Shown here piece by piece: positions 38,441 through 50,000 of a stretch of DNA of 64,000 bases. The position numbers and the translations under genes are program-made. This DNA is from Squalus acanthias (taxonomy: Eukaryota). The notes beneath the pieces were generated by a model that saw only the letters and a list, made by a program, of their open reading frames with translations, did no database searches and was not told the DNA's origin. Each line of letters starts with the position of its first letter. Positions within the stretch are counted from its first letter, which is position 1. The stretch is taken from positions 105,836,001 through 105,900,000 of the forward strand of contig CM059431.1 of assembly GCA_030390025.1 (NCBI GenBank). Direction: 5' to 3'.

Positions 38441-40104
38441 TGTCGTGTCCTTAGATGCATGCTTCCTGTAGAATTCGCAAATTATCGCGATTTAAAAATA
38501 ATGAGAAAGAGACATACAGTTTCGTAAACACAGCTTTATTTCAGCAAAATGCTGTCAGGTTTCAAAACGGACACAAGCAGCCTGTAAAATGGCCGCCACG
38601 CCTCGTGGCAGAAGTTTCTAGACTTTTCAGCAGGCAGACAAGATGGCGTTTCAATAAAAATTTCAGCAAGATCGGACAGGACTCAGCATATTGAGATGAG
38701 ACAAGACGAGATCGTTTTGCATTTTAAACACCCAAACAAGGAATATAAGTGCTGGAATCGGGTTTTCCATGCGCAAATAAGAGCTATTGTACTGGACAAT
38801 TAAGGGCCCATCCAAAAGACACTGATACGCAAATTCCCCACGGCTCTACGATGAGAGAGCCGTTCGCGGGTACTCACAGCAAGAATTCGGAGGCCCCCAA
38901 AACCCCTCCAGGGAGACTCTTAGCCGGTTCCACAAGGGGAGAAATATTAATGGGTACTCAGACAGTTACAAGTATCACCAAAACCCATTAACGACAAGTA
39001 CCACCCCATACAAGAAGTTTGAGCGCCAAAACATGACAAAAGATGGACATTAAGATTGGGCGGGAGATAAGGAATTACAGTACTATAACTGTAGCGTCCA
39101 TACGTCCATTTTTCTCTTATTCCTTTGACTCGCTAGAGAACTCTTGACTCTTATTCTCTGATCCGCTGATTTTCCGGGAGTCAACCTCGTGGCTTGCCGC
39201 GAAGATCTGTGGAGAGCTGGTCTGCGAAGGCCGGTAATCGGGTGCACCATCCCGAGAAGTTGGTAAACGGTGTTGGAACCGAAGGCCCGAGAGGAGATGA
39301 GATGAGATGAGAAGAGAAGAGAAGAAGACGACTACATGTGCCGCCGCGGTCAGTAAACCCCGACCGCGCCCGAAAAATCGATTAACCACTTCTTCGAATT
39401 CTATCGGATACTCCACAACTGGCCCTGGAAGACTTTTCTTCGAGTTCTACCGACAACCGGTGTAGGGCACAGGAAGACTCTTTTTTCGAGTAGTATCAGA
39501 ATTCCGAGGTCAACACAGATCTTCATGACAGCAGACGGTCCAGCCTGCTAGCCGGAGCAAAGCGAGTAAACAAGTGGGGTACAGGGACCCCTGATCAACA
39601 CGTGAATAGTCAGGTGTTGTGGTGAAAACATCCGAGCAGCGTTTCGGAATTCTCCGAGTTATCACGAGTGGTGAGCATGAGTCTCGATCCTACAGATCTA
39701 GATTAGGACAGGTATTGATAGGGGAGGGTTTATGTTTAAGGATAATTATAATGTGTGTCCCCTTTTACGATGTGTCGTGCGCTCCTCGTTTCCCTAAACC
39801 TAGTTGCATAAATGTATGTAAGTTTGTACTGTCATTAATCTGTGCTTATGACATGTATTTCGTAATCTTGAATAATATGCAATAAAGATTTTCCATTTCG
39901 CACTGTTCAACCGGGTCTACCTGAGTTTTCTCTGCATTATTGCTCTCGCACCTAAGTCCAGTGTCAGAACCGTAAGGGCGAGTGGGTCGAACCACTCACA
40001 GGTGTCTAGTGTTACCAGGCTGGCTGGAGACCAGAACAGGCAACAAGGCCTAACCCCACACTAGCACCCAGGCTAAGCACAGAGCCACGGCGAAACCCCT
40101 TACA
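38441..40104 (+). mobile_element. Putative solo LTR (~1.66 kb)
   Basis: TGT...ACA termini; flanks ATCC / TTCC (imperfect 4-bp TSD); TATA-like element at ~39083; AATAAA at 39881; CpG-rich relative to its flanks. Confidence 0.65.
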
Positions 40105-41310
40105 TTCCAGAGGGGATAGCAATTAGGAGTGGGAACTCTGGCAAATTTCTCCTCTCCTTATCCCATGGATACTGAAGCCAACGACAATAGATCTACAACT
40201 CACCCCAGGTGAGGTGAGCTCAGAGCAAAGATCAGGGAATGAAGCTCGGAACTTCCTTGGATTGTATCGCTCAGCTACTCAGTAGATAAACGTTTTATTT
40301 TATTTTTAATCTAACAAAGGCACAGTGCTACGATTGGGTAGGGCAGGTTATATCTTTGGGACTCAATCGTGCCATGCGGGGAGTGGCTGCCTGGAGGCCG
40401 AGTGCATCACAGGAGGGAGGAACACTCAAGTAGCAATGACTCTTGTGGAGGTCCCCAGTGACCAGATATAAAATGCCATTAGCAAGAGGGCTGGGAGCAG
40501 GACTCATGATTGTCTTCTCAGTCGAGGAAGCAAAGGGAGATTCAAAAGGACTGGAAAGTAGGAGAAATAATAAAAATGGCTAGCAAGGAATTGGTCGGGG
40601 CTGGAGTAAAAAGAGTGAATAATGAACTGAAATCACAACCTTCTTGACATTAGTTTCTCTGACAGTGATACCTTTTAGAGCAGATTCACAAAAGGGGTTA
40701 ACATTCTTCCAGCATCTATAATAGAAATACAACACACATGGAGGTGATCCGTGTGTAAGTAATAATCACCTTTGCCTGCATGACAGATGGCTTTATGCAT
40801 TATTAATTCTAATTACTATTAACTTAAGCTTTATCAGTTCTTACAGGCATATCACACCTTTTATAATCTGAGACAGAAGCTAGGTGAAAGTTACATTCCC
40901 ACAGCGAATGCTTTCTGCTGCCGAGGATTGAGCAATGGATTTGATGCGTGTGGTGCATGTTGCGGAGGGGGGGGGGGGGAGGGAGAGTGGAGTTGATGAA
41001 GAATGAACTTTCTCCTATTTTGGGAGAGCAGACAACAGTGAAGAGCCATCAAAGTCTTCACTGTCTTAAAGATGTTCAACGACTTTGTTAACCTGTGAGG
41101 TAGAAAAGGAAGGAAGGGGGATTGTTCGGGGCAGAGTTTCCTCAAAAGCGATCCCACTGTATAACGTGTAACTCCGAATCTGTGCCCATCAAGCCTGTTC
41201 CCCTCATATCGCAGGAAAGCCAGCTAAGTGTGAATGTAGGTGAAGAAACCTTTAGTTGCAGCTTCCTTATCTTATTTTAAAATTCCATCACATCTTGAAG
41301 AAAATAATAT

Positions 41311-41420
41311 CTCCTACATTGCAACAGTGACTACACTTCAAAAAAGTACTTCATTGGCTGTAAAGCGCTTTGGGACGTCTGGTGGTCATGAAAGGTGCTA
41401 TAGAAATGCAAGTCTTTCTT
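41311..41420 (+). mobile_element. DeuSINE 3' fragment
   Basis: Matches 19635-19745. Confidence 0.8.
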
Positions 41421-41841
41421 TTTTTTGGGGGGCGAATACTCACCAAGCCCTTATTCTGGGCCCTGGTTTTCTTTGTCTGGGATTCGGACTGGCTAAACTG
41501 CTGTACAGTTTTCATCTGAATGGCAACAGCCAGAAGAGAAAAGTGCTACAAACGCCATGATATGTCATCCCAACTGCCCCTTCTCCTCCTCCAACAGGCA
41601 TTCTGGCACGGGTCAAGTTAATACTGTTGATGTCTTGCAGGTTGAGAAACAAACAAACATTCTCCATCCATGCTTTTCTTTTCGCAACGCCACCCCTAAC
41701 GTTGTTTACCTGCAGGATGCGGCATGAAGACTGCGCAATTATGGGCGATGGGTTGAGCAACCTCAGCTGTCAACTTCACAACTTCATCTTCGTGATGCAG
41801 TTGTGAGCGTGAAATGTCTGGGCAGCAGATTTTCAGCTATT

Positions 41842-42580
41842 GGCCCAGAAAATAAAGACGGAGCCTTCCTGCGGGGGTAAGGCTTCCCCGCGATATCTCA
41901 CTGCGCGCCTGCCTTTTCCTTCCGAGCTCACACGAACTTTAGTTTCAAGGCTGCAGCTGTGCAGTGTGTGCGTATCCCACAGACGCAGTTAATTCGTGCG
42001 AGCTGTGGGATCACGTGATTCAGTTAGAGCCAATGGCAGCACACCATCTTTCATTCATAGTTTTGACAGCAAGGGCTGTCAAAGCTATGAATCTATACCC
42101 ACCCAAAAGAACAGCTAAACCTCAATTAAATTAAAAATAAACCATCACATTAATAAAATAAGTATAGTTAAATAAATTAACCACTTTAAACAAAAAATTA
42201 AATTTTTGAAAAAATTTAAAATCTTTTTAAAAGTTATAAAAATAAACTTACCTTTCTTTAAAGTCTCTAAAAAAGATAAACCTGTTGAAAAAAAATTAAA
42301 ATACTTAATTAACTACTTACCTTGTTAAAAGAGGGTCTTACGCCTCCTTTCTTTATGTGCAAAATCTTCCATGGTTACCTGCGCGTTCAAAGCACTAAGT
42401 GCACTGCGTGCGCGCAGCCTGTAGCACGCACGCGGTTCACTTAGGAACCGCCCCTTTTTGAGTTCACCAAGTGCCGGTTTTCAGCGCATGCACAGTGCAT
42501 GCAGAAAACCGGCAATTGGAGACAGAATACGCGAGAGTACACAGTGCATACTCTCACGTACTAAGACTAATTTTTGGGCC
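41842..42580. mobile_element. Harbinger-type MITE, inverted paralog of 20424-21185
   Basis: TIRs GGCCCAGAAA / TTTTTGGGCC; AT-rich core nearly identical in reverse complement. Confidence 0.8.
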
Positions 42581-42718
42581 AATATGATCACTGAGAATGA
42601 ACAAAGCGTCTGCTCTCTGAGAAGCAGCGTCAGCAGCATTTAATCATCTTTTAAAGATTCAAATTTGGACTGATTACGCAAAAAAAAGGGGGGGGGGGAG
42701 AAAAACCACAACCACAGG

Positions 42719-42878
42719 CAACGTCTTCGCTAAGTTGTGCGGTCGCGCGGCTGCCTACCGGTCCCGCGCAGCCCGGGACCGGCTTTTCCAATGTTAAATT
42801 TCATGCGCGCGAATCTGAATGGGCCGTGCAACCCCTTAAAGGGGCCGCGCACCCAAAAAAAAATTAGGGGGAACATTG
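42719..42878. mobile_element. hAT-like MITE
   Basis: Perfect 8-bp TSD ACCACAGG (42711-42718 / 42879-42886); right TIR GGGGAACATTG. Confidence 0.85.
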
Positions 42879-42916
42879 ACCACAGGCCTCCAGGGGGTTA
42901 AAACTTATTTTAGGGT

Positions 42917-43220
42917 ACATAGAATCAGAAGGAGGCCATTCAGCTCCTCGAGCCTGTTCCGCCATTCAATTAGATCGTGGCTGATCTGTATCCTAACTCC
43001 ATTGACCCGCCTTGATTCCGTTACCCTTAATACCCTTGCCTAACAAAAATCTACCAATCTCAGTTTTGAAATAGTCAATCGACCCCCAGTCTCAACAGTA
43101 TTTTGGGGGAGAGAGTTCCAGATTTCCATTACCCTTTGTGTGAAGAAGTGCTTCCTGACATCACCCCTTGAACGGCCTGGCTCTAATTTTAAGGTTATGC
43201 CCCCTTGTTCTGCACTCCCC
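42917..43220 (-). mobile_element. CR1 3' fragment
   Basis: Homologous to 37846-38340. Confidence 0.85.
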
Positions 43221-44143
43221 CCCCCCCCCCCCCCCGACTTGGTTCTGGAGCAGCTGACTGGTAAACGTTCTGCAGCATGTTAGTCAGAGTTTAACTAAAC
43301 TCCTTGTAACCTTCTTGCCGAATGTAACCCGCTGACTTCCCCCAACAGCTACTTGAAAGCAAAATAAACAAATCCTTTCATCGACTTTCAGGTCTCATCG
43401 ATAACATTTCCTGCCTACTTGCACATTTTACACGGACTTCCTGAATGACCGATGTCCAGTGTGTCTCGCAGCTTGTGTTTCCGTTTGACTAGACGCTCCT
43501 TCACGCGCCCCTTGGCCCAGCGTGTGGCTTTATAAACGTTCTGTTAGATTAAAGCCGCGGGGATGGCACAGAGCACAGTCAATGCCACCGTTGCAATAAA
43601 TTAGATGCAATGGAACTAGATGCACAACCTTTTGACCCCTGCTTTCAGCCACCAATACAATGAATCCAACTGTGCGTGGATTTGAGCCACAACTGTGTTT
43701 CATCCAAATAGAGGGGGAAACAAGTCGATTGAATTGCCCTGGATTGCATATTTTGAACATGGCATGCAATTTTTAAAAATATTCTCATTTATTACTGGCA
43801 CTTCCATACAGTATGATGACTGGAAACATCTGAAAATTTTTCTTCTCTCTTCCCTTTGTAGTTCTGCCATGGCATGGAAATATATTCAAATCATTCTGTG
43901 TGCCATTGATAGTCAAAGTAACATCTAACATGTCCTGAAGCAGTCATCTTTATTTTCTTAATTTTAGTAGCTAGTTGAATAACAATCTTAGATTTTGAAG
44001 TAAAATACCAGAAGATCGAATATTAATCACATTTTGAAAGAGATATTTATATTCTTTTGGTGTTCTTACAAAAATGGGGTTGAACCTTCTTCTGATTTAT
44101 TTTAGTCTTGTCAAAAAACATTTGAGGCACTTCTTGCTGTCCT

Positions 44144-45567
44144 GTTGCTATCTCAACCAGCTGCTGTCCTTATTTATTGATCTGTGCAGTGCTATAATGC
44201 AAAGGGGGGAAAATTCGTTAGTGACCATTTTGGGTCGCGAACATCGCCTGGGTGCTGAATTTAGCGCCCGGCGAAAAATAGCGCCGGTGATCGCTAAATT
44301 CAGTTTTAGCGCCCCAAGAGGGAGGTGGAGCTAATTCAAGCGCTCCACTTCCTTCTTAGAATTTCAAATTGTAGTATGCAGACGATGCTTGCATCTGCGC
44401 TCACTCGGAGGTCGAACTCCAAACCATCGTCAACACCTTCACCGAAGCATACGAGAGCATGGGCCTTACACTAAACATTCGTAAGACAAAGGTCCTCTAC
44501 CAACCTGCCCCCGCCACACAGTACTGCCCCCCCGATTATCAAAATCCACGAAAAGGCCTTGGACAACGTGGACCACTTTCCATACCTCGGGAGCCTACTG
44601 TCAACAAGGGCAGATGTCGATGACGAAGTCCAACACCGCCTTCAGTGTGCCAGTGCAGCCTTCGGTCACCTGAGGAAGAGAGTGTTTGAAGACCAGGACC
44701 TCAAACCCGGCACTAAGCTCATGGTCTGCAGAGCAGCAGTGATACCCACCTGCTGTATGCCTCAGAGACATGGACCATGTACAGCAGGCACCAATGCTGC
44801 CTCTGCAAGATCCTGCAAATCCATTGGCAGGATAGGCACACCAACGTCAGTGTTCTCGCTCAGGCCAACATCCCCAACATCGAAGCTTTGACCACGTTCG
44901 ATCAGCTCCGATGGATGGATCACATTGTCCGCATGCCCAAAACGAGACTCCCAAAACAAGCGCTCTACTCAGAGCTCCGACACGGCAAGAGAGCCCCAGG
45001 TGGGCAGAGGAAACGCTTCAAGGACACCCTCAAAGCCTCCTTGAAAAAGTGCAACACCCCCACCGACACCTGGGAATCCCTGGTCCAAGACCGCACAAAG
45101 TGGAGGAAAAGCATCGAGGAAGGCGCCGAACACCTCGAGTCTCTTCGCCGGAAGCCAAGCGCAGGCAGCGGAAGGAGCGCACGTCAACCCAATCACCCCA
45201 CCCTCCCGCCCCTTCAACCTTCCGTCTGCCCCACCTGTGACAGAGACTGTAGGTCCCGCATTGGACTCATCAGTCACCTGAGAACTCATTTTTAATGTGG
45301 AAGCAAGTCATCCTCGGTTCCGAGGGACTGCCTAAGAAGAAGAGTAAGAAGTTCCTATCTCAACCAGCTGCTGTCCTTACTTATTGATCTGTGCAGTGCT
45401 ATAATGCAAAGGGGGGAAAATTTGTTAATGACCATTTTGGGTCGCGAACATCGCCTGGGTGCTGAATTTAACGCCCGACGAAAAATAGCGCCGGTGATCG
45501 CTAAATTCAGTTTTAGCGCCCCAAGAGGGCGGTGGAGCTAATTCAAGCGCTCCACTTCCTTCTTAGA
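44144..45567 (+). repeat. 217-bp direct repeat flanking the RTE (44144-44360 / 45351-45567)
   Basis: Direct alignment shows about 7 substitutions and no indels. Confidence 0.95.
44361..45350 (+). mobile_element. 5'-truncated RTE-clade LINE
   Basis: YADD at ~44375; VDHFPYLGS, ILQIHWQDRHTN, RLPKQALYSEL, GGQRKRFKDTLK; C-terminal C2H2 finger CPTCDRDCRSRIGLISHLRTH; (AAG)n tail. Confidence 0.95.
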
Positions 45568-46151
45568 GCGCTAACTCCGAATATCAGGGCGGTGCATTCT
45601 GCAGCGCTACGCACTGGGCCATGTAGCACTGCCGTATGGAAGGGCTCTTCCCCTCATTAAAGGGGAGGGCCCAAGCCCACAACTCTATGGGGCTCGAGCT
45701 GGACCACCGAGGAGCGGGGTGCCGTGCCAGCAGCCCGGCACTCGAGAGGAGTGCAGGGCTGCCAGATCGCGGCACGGACCCTGCATTGAAAGATGCAACG
45801 GGCCGCGACAAGTAAGTCGGCCGATTTTTTTCCCCCTGCCCGCCACCTCCCCTTTACTTACTGCCCCGCGTCTCTCCTGCCGCTCCGTTCTCGCCCCCTG
45901 AATTGGTCGCTGTCATCACCCACTGCAGATTCAGGTGGCGCGGGCCATATTTTGCAGGTGGGGGGAAAACGGGGCACTGCGCACGGTGATGATGTCGTCA
46001 TCGTCTGCGCAGCGGAGTGCGGCGCTACCTGTTACCGCCGCCGCTAAACTCCCGCTGAATTTAGCGGGAGTCGTTAGCGGTGTCGCGCCCGGGCGAAAAG
46101 TTGTTTGCGCCCCATTAGCGCCCCCCGAAGGCACACACGGATTTCTAACCC
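45411..46151. mobile_element. GC-rich Harbinger-type MITE (left end duplicated at 44204-44360)
   Basis: Imperfect TIRs GGGGGGAAAATT / ATTTCTAACCC; CpG-rich. Confidence 0.6.
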
Positions 46152-46219
46152 ATAGTGCTTTACCTCTCTTTATTTTCTGAAAACCACATCCCTATAAATT
46201 GGACAATACATTCAGACAC

Positions 46220-46580
46220 AAGGTGGTGGTGATGGAGGAGCTGGATGTAGAGTCCAGCGGCAGGGCCAACAATCAAGTAGACTGGCCTGTCCTGGATGGC
46301 GTCAAGTTTCTTGAATGTCCTTTGAAGCGACACCCATTCAGGTGAGTGGTGAATATTTCATCATATTTCTGATTTGAACCTTGTAGAAGGTGGAGACAGC
46401 TTAGAGGGGTCAAGAGGGGTCCCACTCTTTGCAAAGTGCCCAGCTTCTACCCTGCCAGTTGAGCTTCTGATCAATGGTGACCACCAAGACGTTGATGGTG
46501 GGGGACTTGGTGCTGGTGGTGCCATCGACGGTCAGGGGAAGGTGGTTGGGCCCTTTCTCGGTAGGGATGCAACTGAATGA
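46220..46580 (-). mobile_element. Old, eroded relative of the 23197-25275 LINE family
   Basis: SPTINVLVVTIDQKLNW versus SPTINILGVTIDQKLSW. Confidence 0.75.
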
Positions 46581-47016
46581 TAATACAGATAACAATTTGC
46601 TCATTTATTCAAGCTCCTCTACGAAAAGCAGGGAAGTATAAATTCATTCCTCATGATTCCTCAGCTCTGCTCCCTTTATGAAGCATTATTATCCCCTGTG
46701 AAGAACTGCAAATTTCATTTTTGTTTGGTTTTCCTTATCATCTAATATTGCCCAAAGCTTGAAATGTTTTTTCTTCGGTAGAAAGTGTGATGACTGCCAT
46801 TGGGAAATGTTTTCTTTTCCTAATAAAATTAGGTTACAAATGCTTTGGCAAACTTCAGAGTAAATGCTGCTGGTCAGAATGTGATTTATTTTATTGGGAG
46901 TGGGGGGGGAGATGAAACTAAGATCTTCAACAAAATTCTAGTTTAACTTCAAAGCTGAAATAATTGACTTTTGTTCTCAAATACTGACAAATATGCATTA
47001 GTCTGCTTCATATGTT

Positions 47017-47150
47017 GGAACACAGGAACAGGAGTAGGCCATTCAGCCCCTCGGGCCTGCTCCACTATTCGATCAGGTTATGGCTGATCTGTACCTCAAC
47101 TTTGCGACGTATCCCTTGATATCTTACCGAGCAAAAATCTATCGATCTAA
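47017..47150 (-). mobile_element. CR1 3' UTR fragment
   Basis: GGAACAGGAGTAGGCCATTCAGCCCCTCG terminal motif. Confidence 0.75.
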
Positions 47151-47151
47151 T

Positions 47152-48185
47152 TTTCACAGAAATGTCTAATTGCTCAGAAAACAGCAAACAGGGTCTTCTT
47201 ACACTTGGAATAACTTTATTCTATTTCACGCAGGGTCTTACTGGTATTGGTAATAGCTCAATAATCTTTATTGTGCTTTCGGTACTGTGCTTATACTTTT
47301 GGTGTACAACCTGTCTCAGCATAAGCCTCCTTCTTGGAGTCATGGCATGCCAAACAAAGGGTGTTGCTAAGTTTCCCTCTTAAATTTTCGCACCCCAGAT
47401 CCAAGTTTCACCTTTCTTCAGGAATTCATTCAAGGGTCAGGCAGTATCAGCATACTCGTCTATGAACAGGTGGGAGTAATAGCGCCACCCCAGGTAATGC
47501 CTCAGGTTTTTTTTTTCATTTGGTTGGCGGCTCTAAGCTTTGGAGGACATGAATGTGATCATATTGTGGCAGGAATCCACTTTGCCCAATGCAGTGACAT
47601 ATGTACTTCACTTATATACAACGCCACTGTCCTTTCATCGTGGCTACCTTTACCTCAGCACACATTAGTTGCCATCAACATAGATTAGGTTTCCCCACTC
47701 ACAACTGGAAGAGCCCAGTGCAAAAAGATATTGATGGGTCGATATAGCCAAACGGAAAAACTATTTGAGGTATACTGTCCGTTATTAAGGGAAAAAGCAA
47801 AGCCGTACAGATTCTAGGGATCCATTTTCATATTCCAGAACCTATTAGCTACATTCAAGCTAGTAAAATATTGTGCCCCGATTAACTTATCCAAGTTGTT
47901 ATTTAAGTGGGCCATGGGTCAGTGTGACAGAGGGATGTGCCAATCGAGTTGTCCAGCCTGCAGTAATTGCCATTGGGCTTTCACCTGGAATAAATGTTGG
48001 AGTTACAAGTGGAGTTGCACTCTCAGATAATGTTACATTGCAACAGAGTGTCCAGGCTGTGTTTGACAACCTCATGAGCTTCACTAGGTATCTTGGTACT
48101 GGCTGATATACACAGGTAGGACTCCCGGATATGCGGCAATTATGGGCCCTTGGCAAATATACCAAGGAATTCATAGTCACAGACC
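47152..48185 (-). pseudogene. pol: Highly degenerate retroviral/LTR-element pol (RT plus connection/RNase H-like), lokiretrovirus-like
   Basis: Manual frame-stitching gives VYISQY-KIPSEAHEVVKHSLDTLLQCNII*ECNSTCNSNIY..KPNG; IGAQYFTSLNVANRFWNM; FAFSLNNGQYT; FPFGY; NLIYVDG (47671-47682); LRHYLG..YSHLFIDEYADTA*PLNEFLKKG.TWIWG; TSKTLREIE*SYSKCKKTLFAVF*AIRHF. Confidence 0.88.
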
Positions 48186-49407
48186 ATCTGTATTCTGTAT
48201 TAGTAAGGGAGCCATAAGAATTGTATCACAGCAGACCAAGGAAAGTATGGCATATAATAAATAGCTGAACTGCAATAAGATAAACCGGGTTTCCATCGCG
48301 ATTGGAACCACGATAATGTTTACACTATAATATGCAGGAAATCCTGTGCCACTCAAAAGCAAATATGTCAGCAAGTGAAAGAAAGAACAACACGCTAATT
48401 GATTTGGAACAAGACTATCCGATAGAATAAAGAAACCTGCTGGATTATTAAAGTAATATTTGTGGGGTTTCTTCTAAAACCAAAAAAGATTTGATTTTCT
48501 ATAGGAAGGCTTTATTGGAGCAATTTTGTAAATCATTTGCTCGGGGGCTGTAAAGTACAGCTCGTCTGAGTTGTTCTCTTTCTTTATTTGTGATGTCATT
48601 ACCACAAAGAACTAGATTTAACAACAGCTAAAAGCAAAAGGATGTCCTTTGCGTGAATATTTTGACCAACACAAAGCATTTTAGTAAGTGTGGTAAACTA
48701 CCTGCTCAATAAAGAAATAAATGAACGGAGACATTAAAACAATATAACCATCCCATGAAATTAGCAATAAGTGTCCTTGGAGGCAAAGCTGTGCAATGTT
48801 GCTTATTCCACAGTGAGGAGAGCACACTCCCAGTTACAAGAATCCTTTTATTGAAGGGAAGTACAAAGAGAAACGAGTGACAGACATTAACCTCCTTTTT
48901 TTTGAGCAGTGTTTAATCCTCTGAACAATTGATTTCCTAGGCACAATGTAGGCGGAAATCAAGAGAAAGGGCTTCAATCATTTAACATTTACAAATGTTT
49001 TATTTGTTAAAACTGAAATGGCAAATTAAGGGACCGGCAGTCATTTGCAAACCACATTACGACCGTACTCCAAAATGCTTAACATTTTCCATAATTTTTT
49101 TTTTGTATCAATTAAGTGCATAGGTTATGCTATCTTTGAGTTTGTTTTCCTTGGGAAAACTAGACTCAAGTCATCGAAGCCTAATTGCATTCAATTAGGT
49201 TGCATGGATTTTCTTTCCAATCATACATCGCAGATTGTAGATCAGTTCCAATTCGAGTACTGTTGATTTGTACCAAGTGATGGCTTGTGTTCAAACAAAA
49301 CAACTAATATAAGTGGAGAAGTAACTGCTGTTTACAAACATAAGCAGAACTACAGAAGTATCTTTGCTAAGTTCTACACAGCAAGGTAGGATTGTGTATC
49401 CCTTCCC

Positions 49408-49605
49408 TTGATTTTAAAATTCCCATCCTTGTTTTCAAATCCCTTCATGGCCTCACCCCTCCCTATCTCTATAACCTCCTCCAGGCCTACAACCCTCCGA
49501 GATCTCTGAGCTCCTCCAATTCTGGCTTCTTGCACATCCCCGATTTGCAGCGCTCCTCCACTGGCGGCCTTGCCTTCAGCAGCCTGGGCCTTACGCGACG
49601 GAATT
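49408..49605 (+). mobile_element. L2 fragment
   Basis: LDFKIPILVFKSLHGLTPPYL. Confidence 0.85.
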
Positions 49606-49789
49606 TTTCATTTCCACTCTAGCCTGACTCAATGGAGGTAGTACATTGCTATCAATTTGGCTCCTCTTCCTGTGCTTCCACACGCAGCTAGAGTATTAAC
49701 CACTCCCCCTACGTTCTCCCGGGGATTCATCCTTTATCCTGTTCCTCTTAACTATCTGCATTCTCTCTTTGGCAACTTTTTCCGAAAGT

Positions 49790-50000
49790 ATAAATTTAGC
49801 TTACGCATGTATGGTCTACCTTGCTGTCTCCTCCAATAGCTGAAAGATTGTTAACACATGGTCAAGTTGCCTGGTTGATATCACAACTGGGTGAGGCAAA
49901 AAAACTCCCTCAAACTGAATGTCAGTAAAACTGAGGCCATCCTTTTTAACCTCCATACCTCTGGTCTCGATTCCATCAACCTCCCTTACTGCCATCTTGA
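49790..50000 (+). mobile_element. Old L2 RT fragment
   Basis: N.LKLNVSKTEAILF motif. Confidence 0.6.

Noticed and set aside
38441..48185. Solo LTR and pol fossil as parts of one provirus
   Set aside because: Opposite inferred orientations, very different degrees of decay, and no partner LTR, PBS or PPT seen.
48177..48374. Hydrophobic ORF resembling a GPCR TM1 segment
   Set aside because: No further transmembrane helices or GPCR motifs; it abuts the decayed pol and may be part of that element.
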